From the NCBI GenBank assembly GCA_964016885.1, contig OZ024757.1:27218001-27282000 (forward strand): DNA of 64,000 nucleotides, read 5' to 3'. The translations under genes were made by a program, and so were the position numbers. The stretch's first letter is position 1. Each line of letters starts with the position of its first letter. Shown here one piece after another: positions 1 to 11,157 of this stretch. The notes under the pieces are model-generated. The model had not been told where the DNA came from. It did no database searches and saw only the letters and a program-made list of their open reading frames with translations. This DNA comes from Eledone cirrhosa (taxonomy: Eukaryota).

Positions 1-245
1 TGGCGTCTGACCCTCTACTGATACTGCCAATCCACTGCCCCATTAATAATTGTTTCTACTTTTGGCACAAGGCCAGCAATTATCCCAGTGCATTACTGGT
101 ACTTTATTTTATCGACCTCGAAAGGATGAAAGTCAAAGTTCACCTCGGCAGGATTTGAACTCAGAATGGCAAGGGCCGTAACTCCATGCGTCAAAGCATG
201 GCGTCCGACCCCCTACTGATACTGCCAATCCACTGCCCCATTAAT
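1..245 (-). mobile_element. Tandem tRNA-derived SINE copies (Nin/Deu-core-like family)
   Basis: Minus strand reads GGGGCAGTGGATTGGCAGTATCAGTAG (A box) ... TCTGAGTTCAAATCCTGCCGAGG (B box) ... TTTCATCCTTTCGAGGTCGATAAAATAAAGTACCAG. The same family recurs more than 10 times in the window. Confidence 0.8.
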
Positions 246-795
246 AATAGCAACAGCAATGCTAATAATAATAATTATGATCAACAGGATATGTAATAGC
301 AACAGGATATGTAAATGCGTATATATTGTAGGAACAGAGCCATTATGCAAGATATGTAAACAAACAAAATGAAAAAACAAAAACACACACACAAACACAC
401 AAATATAAAGACAATAAAAAAAACAGCTGAAGAAAAAAGTGAAGAAGTTAGAGATAATACTGAAGTAGGAGCTAGGGGGTGAGGAGAGGGGGAGAATTGG
501 TTTTTATGGTTTCATTTTTTTCACAAGAGAATAGGGAAGGAGGCAGTGAACAAGGAGGTGTCTTTAGACTTTTCTTCTTTCCTCCTCCTTTTCTTTTTCT
601 TCATGATAATAACTTTATGATGATATTTTACTGAAATAAGAAAAAAAGACGAAAAAAAAAGACGGAAAAAAAGAAAGTGGTTGTCTTCTGATAAGGGATT
701 GGTGGTAGAGGAGTGGGGACGGGGTCCATGGAATTGTGCCTTCTTAATCTTGATATTGGTTTTCTTTTACAGTTTCTTTAAACTTGACAGTGAAG

Positions 796-853
<58 letters not shown>

Positions 854-1268
854 TACATATAAACACCCAAATATACATATATAAGTAGATAAATACATTA
901 AATATATATATATATATATACATATGCGTGTGTGTGTGTGTATATATGGATGTTAAATGATGATGATATGTATCACCATAGACGTAAACAGTGATGATGT
1001 TAATATATATATATATATATATACATACATGCATAACTATCTATTTATATCTCTCTCTCACTATATATATATATATATATATATACAATACAAAAAACCA
1101 ACAAGCTCCATCATCAGAATTATTCTAGCAATGTTGGCACAAGGAATGAAAGAGGAAGGAAGACATTAGGATAGAAATAGAAAGAGAGAAAGATAGAGAG
1201 CTGGATGAAGAGAGTTGGAGAGATAGCTAGGTGGAAAGAGACAGAGGATGAAATATGTTTTATGTATG

Positions 1269-1301
<33 letters not shown>

Positions 1302-1357
1302 GAAAGGTATAGAAAACATTGTAGCGAAAAGCCAACAGTATTCCATAATATATATAT

Positions 1358-3380
1358 CATCATCATCATCATCAACGTTTAACGTCCGTGTTCCACGCTT
1401 GCATGGGTTTGGACGGGGGTAGTCCCACTTGAGGCAAGAGTGATTGTCTTGCTCGCATAGGACTGTCTGGCAGGTTTTCTACAGTTGGATGCCCTTCCTA
1501 ACACCAACATTTACAGTGTGGGTCTGGGAGGTTTTTACCGTGTTGCCTACACGGCCACATTACAGCGTGGACTGTGTGTTTTTTTGTCGTGACACCTACA
1601 CGATCTCATTTGTTTCGGCCTGGATGGCGCGACACCAACATAACTTTACATAGAACGGGGTGGTGTGGATGGGGTGGGGGTGGTGGTGGTGGGACGGTGT
1701 GTATTTTGTTAGAGATGCCTACTGGCTGGAGTAGGTTTTACTATATATTTAGGTAAGGCGGGTCTTCTCTGTTACTGAGTACCGCCAAAGGTCTCGGTCC
1801 AGTGACATTGTTTTGGAGAGGTGTAAGTGTGTGATGTCGGAGTTTATCAGCTCGTCCCAGGTTTTTCTAGGTCTGCCTATTTCGTGACTACCGTCTATCT
1901 TTATTGCCCTGCACTTTGTTATACAGCTATCGACTTTCATGCGCATCACGTGTCCATACCAACGTAGCCTTCTCTCGAGTAAACAACATCTGATCCCTCT
2001 TATCTCTAATTTTTTCCTTAGTTCGTTTATGCTTTGCCGTTCACGTATATTACTGTTACACATCCAGCGGAGCATGCAAGCTTCGTTCCTCTCTAGTCTG
2101 CGTATATCCTCTGCACACAATGCCCAGGTCTCACTGCCATGCAGCATTGCTGTTCGTATGCAGGCATCGTACAACCTGCCTTTCATTTTTAGGGAGAACC
2201 CTTTAGCAGCTAATAGTGGTATAAGCTCTCTGAACTTTTTCCACCCAGTTCTGACTCTAGCTACAGTACTTTCAGAGCACCCTCCCCCACTGCTGATTTT
2301 ATCGCCCAGGTAACGGAAGCTGTCCACTATTTCTATAGAACCCTCTGCGCAATTGAAAGAGCTAGTATTTTGTGGGCACTTGCTGCTACTTATTGCACCA
2401 GAACACCGGCCACATGTAAAATCTATGTTCTTAGTTAGCTTACCTGTGATCCCACTACATCTTTTATGCACCCATACTTTGCATTTAGGACATAAAATGG
2501 AGTTTCTACCTACGCCTTTCCTACACACCGAGCACGACCATTTCCCAGAAGGGATCGCCGCCTTGTTTTCTTTCCTACAAACTAGAACTTTGGTCTTAGC
2601 CAGGTTAATTTTAAGTCCTTTTGACTCTAGGCCGTGCTTCCATGTTTGGAATTTCTTCTCTAGCTCGGCCATTGATTCCGCTATGAGTGTCAGGTCGTCT
2701 GCGTATAGGAGTTCCCATGGGCAGCCTGTCTTGAACTCCTCTGTTATAGCCTGAAGGGCAATAATAAATAGTAGGGGGCTGAGAACAGAGCCCTGATGGA
2801 CGCCAACTTTTACGCTAAACTCTTCACTATATTCGTTGTTAATTCTAACCTTGCTGACTGTTTCTTTATACATGGCTTGTATAGCCCTCACAAGCCATTC
2901 GTCAACGCCTAGTTTTCTAAGAGCCCACCAGATAATGGAGCGGGGGACTCTGTCGAAGGCTTTCTCCAAGTCGACAAAAGCTAAGTAGAGGGGTTTACCT
3001 TTAGCTAGGTACTTCTCCTGTAGTTGTCGTACTATGAAAAGAGCGTCTGTGGTACTTTTGCCTGACACAAACCCGAACTGCATTTCATCTAGGTCAATTC
3101 TCTCTCTGATTAGTTGCGCTATTACTTTTTCCGTGACCTTCATGACCTGGTCGATTAATTTAATGCCTCTATAGTTACTCCTATCTAGGGCGTCTCCTTT
3201 ACCCTTATAACAGTTAACGATGATGCTGCTATGCCAGTCCTTCGGAACAGCCCCATTCTGTACGACTTGGTTAACTATGCGGGTGACCATGGTGTGTCCC
3301 ACCGTGCCAGATGCCTTCAGCATCTCAGCAACTATTTCCGAAGGCCCAGCCGCCTTACCCGTCTTCATATCCTTGATTGA
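1358..3380 (-). mobile_element. 5'-truncated RTE-clade LINE, subfamily A
   Basis: RT ORF 1749-3380, about 370-bp 3' UTR, (GAT)n tail; both ends abut (TA)n. Near-identical to 11158-13817. Confidence 0.95.
1749..3380 (-). CDS. RTE reverse transcriptase, N-terminally truncated, with internal PHD finger
   Basis: Motifs NYRGIKL, QFGF, AFVDLEKAFDRV, GVHQGSVLSP, LYADD, FRYLG, RRLRWYGHV. The ORF-track N-terminus (MCLCMYIY) is microsatellite read-through. Confidence 0.9.
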   Translation of the reverse strand, partial: SIKDMKTGKAAGPSEIVAEMLKASGTVGHTMVTRIVNQVVQNGAVPKDWHSSIIVNCYKGKGDALDRSNYRGIKLIDQVMKVTEKVIAQLIRERIDLDEMQFGFVSGKSTTDALFIVRQLQEKYLAKGKPLYLAFVDLEKAFDRVPRSIIWWALRKLGVDEWLVRAIQAMYKETVSKVRINNEYSEEFSVKVGVHQGSVLSPLLFIIALQAITEEFKTGCPWELLYADDLTLIAESMAELEKKFQTWKHGLESKGLKINLAKTKVLVCRKENKAAIPSGKWSCSVCRKGVGRNSILCPKCKVWVHKRCSGITGKLTKNIDFTCGRCSGAISSSKCPQNTSSFNCAEGSIEIVDSFRYLGDKISSGGGCSESTVARVRTGWKKFRELIPLLAAKGFSLKMKGRLYDACIRTAMLHGSETWALCAEDIRRLERNEACMLRWMCNSNIRERQSINELRKKLEIRGIRCCLLERRLRWYGHVMRMKVDSCITKCRAIKIDGSHEIGRPRKTWDELINSDITHLHLSKTMSLDRDLWRYSVTEKTRLT

Positions 3381-4012
3381 TATATGTATATATATATATA
3401 TATACATACATAAACACACACATCATGTATATATATATATACATACATAAACACACATCATATGTACATATATATATATATATTTAAAATAAAAAAAATA
3501 TATATATATCATCTTTAATATAGAAATGGCTTCTACAAGACTAAAACTGTTTCATTCAAAAGAAATCATATGTACTATACATATGTGTTAGGTATTAATT
3601 TAACAATGAAAATAATAACAAAGTCAAGTTATTTTACCTATTCATATCATCGTTTTACAATCGTTTCGGAGGTTTGATCATATTGACATATTGACTGATC
3701 TATACCAGTTATATAACTGTATACTATCAGACCTCATATATAGGTTCGATCAGACTGTCTTTTTCGGAAACAATATATATGTATAGTATATATATATATT
3801 GTTTATATGGTCCCACCCTTGCAAGCAGGGAAAAGCGGATGTAAAATGATGATGATGATGATGATGATGACACACACACAGCATGTCCCAAAAGAATGTA
3901 CACACACTTTGATTAGAAGTCTGTTGAAGTATGTATACATTTTTGGGGACACCCTGTATATGTATGTATATATATACACATATGTTGTTGAGGTTATATT
4001 ATATTCAATCTA

Positions 4013-4057
<45 letters not shown>

Positions 4058-4401
4058 CTATATCTATCTATCTATCTAAGAGAGAGACATGCTCAGATGA
4101 GGAAGATAAATATTTGGACACAGTGCAAAACTGTAAAAAAGATTGCAACAAAGCCTGGTTATCTAATACATCACCATCATCACCACCACCACCACCACCA
4201 CCATCATCCTCATCATCGAAAGGTGGTATAGTTGGGTTGTTCTAATGATGATAACTATAGTGATGTGTTGATATGTACACACACATACACACACACACAC
4301 ACACAAATGGTATTGCTCCTATTTTTGTTGCTGTTGTGATAATTAAAGTAAGCACCACTTGAGATGGACAGATATTTTACAAATGTGTATGTATGTGTAT
4401 G

Positions 4402-4440
<39 letters not shown>

Positions 4441-4579
4441 TCATCATCATTTTACGTCCGCTTTTCCCTGTGTTTGTATATATAGTCATGTATTGTGGAC
4501 AATATGTTGCCAACTTCATAAACTAAACTCTAAAAACACAGACACACACAAGCAGGCAGACACACACACAGACTGACAG

Positions 4580-4960
4580 ACATGTAGAAATTTAAATTGA
4601 CATATATAATTTTGTATAAGTTTCACATTTATCTAAATATATTTACAATGTACCATATATCTTGTCCTGAGGTTTTGTAGGGTCAGCATATAAGTTCCAT
4701 GATAGATTTTTCATGTATTTCCATGTGTACATAATAGTGTCTATTATTCACTACACTTCTCTATTTCATGATGCGCTTTTACTGTTGTAAAAAAAGACAC
4801 CGATCTCACATATTAATTATTTCGCTGGAATAGTGCCTAAGGTTTTCATGTTTACATAAAGTACATTTTTCTTCTATGTATTCAAATTTACTTTGTTTAG
4901 TTTAATGAGCTACATCGAAAGCTACTTGAACCGTCCAAAGGACGGGTAGTTTAGCTAGTA
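4580..4960 (+). mobile_element. Probable non-autonomous Helitron remnant (3' terminus)
   Basis: Ends with hairpin CCGTCC-AAA-GGACGG, a short spacer and CTAG|T, the canonical Helitron 3' end. The 5' boundary is uncertain. Confidence 0.5.
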
Positions 4961-4986
4961 TATATATATATGTGTGTATGTTAACT

Positions 4987-5058
4987 ATTTCAGCTGATGA
5001 ATGGGCTGGACGTTTCTGTGAGAATAGTCTTGTTTCTTGAAACCTTTAGTAATGGAAT
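4987..5058 (+). ncRNA. Hammerhead ribozyme-like motif (partly degenerate)
   Basis: ATTTCAg-CTGATGA(4994)-stem II-GAAA(5039)-CCTTTAG-TA-aTGGAAT. Same family as 25111-25178. Confidence 0.55.
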
Positions 5059-5213
5059 AATTATATTGTGTTGTTTATTATGTAAATATATATATATATA
5101 TATATAGGCCAGGAAAGGGATAGGCTCCACCAGGCGTAAAATGCCCAAGAGACACCGTTTGTGAATATGGCACCCTTATGACTCTATCAGGAGATACGGA
5201 ACCATACCATATA

Positions 5214-6970
5214 TATCATCATCATCGTTTAACGTCCGTGTTCCATGCTTGCATGGGTTTGGACGGAGGGTTTTCCCACTTGAGGCAAGAGTGGTTATCT
5301 TGCTCGCATAGGACTATCTGGCGGGTTTTCTACAGCTGGATGCCCTTCCTAACACCAACCACATTTACAGTGTGGGGCTGGGAGGTTTTTACCGTGTTGC
5401 CTACACGGCCACATTACAGCGTGAACTGTGTGTTTTTTGACGTGACACCTACACAATCTCATTTGTTTCGGCCTGGATGTTGTGGCACCAACATAACTTT
5501 ACATTGAAAGGGGCGGTGTGGATGGGGTGGGGGTGGTGGGACGGGGGTGTATTTTGTTAGAGATGCCTACTGACTGTAGTAGGTTTTACTTTGTATTTAG
5601 GTAAGGCGGGTCTTCTCTATTACTGAGTACCGCCAAAGGTCTCGGTCCAGTGACATTGTCTTGGTGAGGTGTAAGTGTGTGAGGTCGGAATTTATCAGCT
5701 CGTCCCAGGTTTTTCTGGGTCTGCCTATTCCGTGGCTACCGTCTATCTTTATTGCCCTGCACTTTGTTATACAGCTATCGTCCTTCATGCGCATCACGTG
5801 ACCATACCAACGTAGCCTTCTCTCGAGTAAACAACATCTGATCCCTCTTATTTCTAATTTTTTCCTTAGTTCGTTTATGCTTTGCCGTTCACGTATATTA
5901 CTATTACACATCCAGCGGAGCATGCAAGCTTCGTTTCTCTCTAGTCTGCGTATATCCTCTGCACACAATGCCCAGGTCTCACTGCCATGCAACATTGCTG
6001 TTCGTATGCAGGCATCGTACAACCTGCCTTTCATTTTTAGGGAGAACCCTTTAGCGGCTAATAGTGGTATGAGCTCTCTGAACTTTTTCCACCCAGTTCT
6101 GACTCTAGCTACTGTACTTTCAGAGCACCCTCCCCCACTGCTGATTTTGTCACCCAGGTAACAGAAGGTGTCCACTATTTCTATAGAACCATCTGTGCAA
6201 TGGAATGAGCTAGTATTTTATGGGCACTTGCTGCTACTTATTGCACCAGAGCACCGGCCACATGTAAAATCTATGTTCTTAGTTAGCTTACCTGTGATCC
6301 CACTACATCTTTTATGCACCCAAACTTTGCATTTGGGACACAAAATGGAGTTTCTACCTACGCCTTTCCTACACTCTGAGCATGGCCACTTCCCGGAGGG
6401 GACCGCCACCTTGTTTTCTTTCTTACAAACTAGAACTTTAGTCTTAGCCAGGTTAATTTTAAGGCCTTTTGATTCTAGGCCGTGCTTCCATGTTTGGAAT
6501 TTCTTCTCTAGCTCGGCCATTGTTTCAGCTATGAGCGTTAGATCATCTGCATATAGGAGTTCCCATGGGCAGCCGGTCTTGAACTCCACTGTTATAGCCT
6601 GGAGGGCAATAATAAATAGTAGGGGGCTAAGAACAGAGCCCTGATGAACACCAACTTTTACACTAAACTCTTCACTATATTCGTTGTTAATTCTAACCTT
6701 GCTGACTGTTTCTTTATACATGGCTTGTATAGCTCTCACTAACCATTCATCAACACCTAGTTTTCTAAGAGCCCACCAGATAATGGAACGGGGGACTCTG
6801 TCGAAGGCTTTCTCCAAGTCGACGAAAGCTAAGTATAGGGGTTTACTTTTAGCTAGGTACTTCTCCTGTAGTTGTCGTACAATGAAAAGAGCGTCTGTGG
6901 TACTTTTTCCTGACACAAACCCGAACTGCATTTCATCAAGATCAATTCGCTCTCTGATTAGTTGCGCTAT

Positions 6971-6975
<5 letters not shown>
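5214..6975 (-). mobile_element. 5'-truncated RTE LINE (subfamily A variant), ORF broken by a premature stop
   Basis: ORFs 6218-6975 and 5597-6175 are one RT frame split by TAA (CAA>TAA at about 6218). 3' UTR and (GAT)n tail present; flanked by (TA)n. Confidence 0.92.
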
Positions 6976-7000
<25 letters not shown>

Positions 7001-7004
<4 letters not shown>

Positions 7005-7107
7005 AGCAAGACAATCACTCTTGCCTCAAGTGGGAAAACCCTCATCCAAACCCATGCAAGCGTGGAACACGGACGTTAAACGTTGATGATGATGATGATG
7101 ATGATGA
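7001..7107 (+). mobile_element. Very short RTE-A 3' end
   Basis: TGCGAGCAAGACAATCACTC...GGACGTTAAACGTT(GAT)n inside (TA)n. Confidence 0.85.
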
Positions 7108-7945
7108 TATATATATATATATATCTATAGTAATATTTATGAGAGTAAATTTTACTCATTTAGATAAGTTATATATATTATCTGTTGCTCTTGAATGATT
7201 TGTATTGATATTGCATTAACCATTTTGGATTTTAATTAAACCCTGATGATTCCTACAGTTTGTGCTAACTATTAGCAAATTGTTAAATAAAATAACTTGC
7301 TGTCGGTGGTATATTACAATGGGAGGAAACAATTGGCAGTGATTAAATATCTTGAACTTTTAATTTTGGTTTATAAGCACATTGTAATAATATATATATA
7401 TATATTAAACGTTAAACGATGATGATGATGATGATGATGATGATATATATATATATATACATGTATCTACGTGGCGATGAGCACTCTTCTATTTAATAGT
7501 TTTTATTTTAACACAATACATATTTATACAAATACTTAAACACATACCTCTAAACAAACACATAAAATCATACACAAACACACACACATCACTAATTCAA
7601 TAGTCACAAACACGCAAACAGACACACACACACATCACTTATTACACACAAGCACATACACATCACTAATTACTCACAAACATACACATACACACACACG
7701 AATCCCTCCCAGTAAAAGCAGTCAGATACAACCACAATTCCCAATTCTGAACATTCACATAATCACTCACACATTCATCAGCCCATTCACATCTGACTAA
7801 TGACATAAGACAATTAGCAAGCTGTTATGGTATTTACAGGTGTGATACATATACATATATATATATATACACACACACACGCATTCAAACATATATACAT
7901 ATATATAATTATATATATACACATACAAACATATACACAAATATA

Positions 7946-7983
<38 letters not shown>

Positions 7984-8423
7984 CAAACATATATACATAT
8001 TTATAATTATATATATATATACACACACATACAAACATAATATATACATATATATAATTATATACATGTATGTAAGTGTGTATGTTTTACCATCGTTTAA
8101 CACCTATTTTCCATACATATATATATGTGTGTGTGTATTTATTGTTTGTGTGTGTATGTACAAAGAGGTGGGTGGGGGAGAGATAAAATATTTTCACCCA
8201 ATGAGCAATAATTAAGCTACAGGAGAATTAAGTAATCAATGATGATGATGATGATGCTAAACAACAACAACAACAACAACAACAACAGCCAATGGTGATG
8301 ACTATGATTAGTAGTAATATTATAATTGTCAACATGGACATCATCATCACTATCATCATAATGAATTAATCATTATGTCATCATAGACACTATTATTCTG
8401 GCAAAACAATTAGAACAACTGGC

Positions 8424-9308
8424 TTAACCCTTTAGCATTTAAGTCAGCCATATCCGCCCAGAATTTTCTCACCAATTTCTGTTCAAACTGGCTGTAATCG
8501 GCCACTCATATTGACGTTAAGGTATTGTTCTCAAAATAAATAATATCAAAATCTCATAGATTTGATATTATGTGAGATAATTATGAGAGGTAAAGGCTTT
8601 TACTATGAAAATATAATAGTATATATAGTGTAATGTAAATGCTGAAGTGTTAACCCTTTCACTATATTTCTAATGAGAGACACTGCCAATGGTTTTCAAA
8701 TAATTTTGAGAATAATCGTAAATTTGGATAGATTCAGTAATACAAGACAGTTTCGCATTATTAAGTTGGTATTTGGAACATAACTGATCAAAAGTTCCCA
8801 CATAGAAATTCAATGGAAAGTTTGTAGATAAATATAAGCACCTTAACCCTTTAGCATTTAAACCAGCTGTATCTGGACAAAATTCTCTCACCTCTTTCTT
8901 TTCAAACCAGCCGTAACTTGCTACTAATAATTATGTTAATCTATTTTTCTCAAAATAAATAACATCAAAATCTCATAGATTTGATATTATGTGAGATAAA
9001 GCCTTTACCACGAAAATGCAATAGTAAATATAGAGTAATGTAAATATTAAAGGGTTAATCCTTTTGTTACCATATTTCTAATTAAAGTCACAGCATATGG
9101 CTTTCGAAAAATTATGAAAACCAAAAGATTGGATGGGTATAGTAACATAAATATCTTTCTCATTACTAAGCTGGTGTTTGGAACATCACTTATCAAAGGT
9201 TCTAATATAAAATGATGACAGAATGTTTTTTTTAGATAAATATAAGCACTTTGGAACAAACAGTTTCGTATCAGAGAAACAGGGACAGTTTGTTATCAAA
9301 AGGGTGAA
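8424..9308 (+). mobile_element. Nested/tandem piggyBac-like MITEs (TTAA termini)
   Basis: TTAACCCTTTAGCATTT...AATGTAAATGCT(AAAGGG)TTAA units at about 8424-8653 and 8843-9058, interleaved with a second TTAACCCTTT family. Further copies at about 9493, 16479, 32566, 35071, 43112, 48368, 51641(-), 54044, 59900(-), 61340(-). Confidence 0.75.
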
Positions 9309-10054
9309 ATATCTCTCAGCAACTATTTCATTACAATGTCTTGTGTTATGAGTTCCAATCCTGTTGCCAAGATGAAACCTACTCAGTAACCTACCCTATA
9401 AAGTGGTTGTGGTGGTACCATTATAAAATGCACCCAGTATACTATGTAAAATGGTCATGTTGGTGGCATGATAAAATGCACCCAGTACACCATTAACTCT
9501 TTAGTATTTAAACCGGCTGTATCCGGCCAGAATTCTCTCACCTTTTCAGTTCAAACCAGCTGTAACTGGTCACTCACGCTGATGTTAAGGTATTTTTCTC
9601 AAAATAAATAATATCAAAATTTTATAGATTCGATATTATGTGAAGTGAAGCCTCTTTCCCAAAATACAATAGTAAATATAGAGTAATGCAAATGCTAAAT
9701 GGTTAAGGTGTTTGGCATTAGGAAGGGCATCCAACTGTGGAAACCATGCCAAATATGGAATGTATGAACAAAATGGTCACTCCAATCCATCTGCAGACTG
9801 ATAACCTGTCCAACGTAAGCTAATATGGTGGGTCCTTAACTTCTATGGGTGACCCCAGAACACATGCAATACGTCAATATACAATAAAAAGACTAATTGC
9901 ATGTAAATGAAACTTCATCGTGTGTTTGCGCGAAGCTGTGGAGGAGAATAAGAGCCTACAAGGGAACAAATGAAGGCTTCAAAAACATCATCTTTGTCCA
10001 TTCCCTTGTCTTTTTAATTTGGATTGCCTCGAGAATCTAACCTTATTATGTAAG

Positions 10055-10133
10055 AAGCTGTCTGATGAGATCATGGCACTGGTTAGGCGGAATCGTGTGT
10101 CCACTGTCGTCATTGAAATATGTATCACAGCCT
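10055..10133 (+). ncRNA. Type I minimal hammerhead ribozyme
   Basis: GCTGT-CTGATGA(10062)-stem II (GAT.ATGGCA.TGG / CCA.TGTCGT.ATT)-GAAA(10115)-TATGTA-TC^ACAGC. Stem I GCTGT/ACAGC, self-complementary stem III, AUC cleavage triplet. Confidence 0.8.
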
Positions 10134-10259
10134 TATCAATAAAGGACTTTAACATCTGAAACTACTTCGCATTTTCTTATTTTATATATATAAGTTTATC
10201 CCGAGTTCAATCGGAGGTAACCACAGTAAGTAAGGTACTCAAAACATAGCAGAGTATAA

Positions 10260-10389
10260 ATATTTAATATAGAAATGCCTTCTACAGGACTAGAACTGTT
10301 TCATTCAGGAGAAATCATCAGGGCTTCCTGATGATTTCTCCGGAATGAAACAGTTCTAGTCCTGTAGAAGCCATTTCTATATTAAATAT
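10260..10389. repeat. About 60-bp-arm inverted repeat carrying back-to-back hammerhead cores
   Basis: Arms 10260-10321 and 10328-10389. CTGATGA-TTTCTCCGGAAT-GAAAC...GTC on + with a mirror copy on -. Related partial copy at about 3515-3570. Confidence 0.8.
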
Positions 10390-10650
10390 ATATATAGTAA
10401 TAATAATAAATGTGAAGACTAAAATCCAAAGAGGGCTCGATAAGGGTAAATATATATCAAATATATAAGAACCCTAGAGCAAATATTTATTAATATATAT
10501 ATATTTTATCTGCTCCTATTATTCATATGTTTTCCACCTCAGTTACCTTATATAAATATTAATGCTTGTGCTTATCTAACCTCTCATAATATATATCCTC
10601 CAAATGTTCTTGAAGCAAAGTTTTGATCTTATATTTGTGTTTAACTTTTG

Positions 10651-10705
10651 TAATAAGTCCGATGATTCCTTCCTTGTGCTGGGATGAAACGATCGTTAGT
10701 TGTTA
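10651..10705 (+). ncRNA. Hammerhead ribozyme-like motif (core U>C)
   Basis: TAATAAGT-CCGATGA-TTCC...GGGAT-GAAA-CGATCG-TT-AGTTGTTA; palindromic stem III. Confidence 0.6.
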
Positions 10706-10767
10706 AATGTTTGAAAGATTAAACACCCTTGATTATTATTTGTGTGTATATATATATATATATATAT

Positions 10768-10970
10768 AAAGAGTCAGGACCCCGACGGCTGAGCTCCGGC
10801 CATTTCAACAGTTAGATCCAAACATTCGGTGTTCGGATCTAGCTGTTGAAATGGCTGGAGCTCAGCCGTTGGGGTCCTGACTCTTTTTCTATTACCCACT
10901 CTACTACTCCAAGTATCATGTGCTCTGGTGTGTTATGGTCCACCTGGTTTCTTACCACACTTTCTTTGTT
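10768..10970 (+). mobile_element. Fold-back (hairpin + shared tail) element in (TA)n, divergent member
   Basis: About 55-bp-arm inverted repeat followed by tail CCCACTCTACTAC...CTTACCAC...TTTGTT. Homologous to 19954, 20757 and 29381. Confidence 0.8.
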
Positions 10971-10981
10971 ATATATATATA

Positions 10982-11130
10982 TCATCATCATCATCGTTTA
11001 ATGTCTATCTCCCACGCTAGCATGGGTTAGACGGGAGTTGTCCCACTTGAGGCAAGATTGGTTGGGTGATCGTGTCTTGCTTGTATAGGACTATCTGGCA
11101 GGTTTTCTACGGCTGGATGCCCTTCCTAAA
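10982..11130 (-). mobile_element. RTE-related 3' end fragment
   Basis: (CAT)n, CCACGCTAGCATGGG, GGATGCCCTTCCTAA. Similar copies at 25257-25500, 25935-26190 and 54233-54440. Confidence 0.75.
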
Positions 11131-11157
11131 TATATATGTATAAATACAATATATATC

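Noticed and set aside
1939-2754. Antisense ORFs within RTE copies (also 5877-6644, 12417-13232, 31387-32505)
   Set aside because: Shadow frames of the RT ORF with no recognisable motifs.
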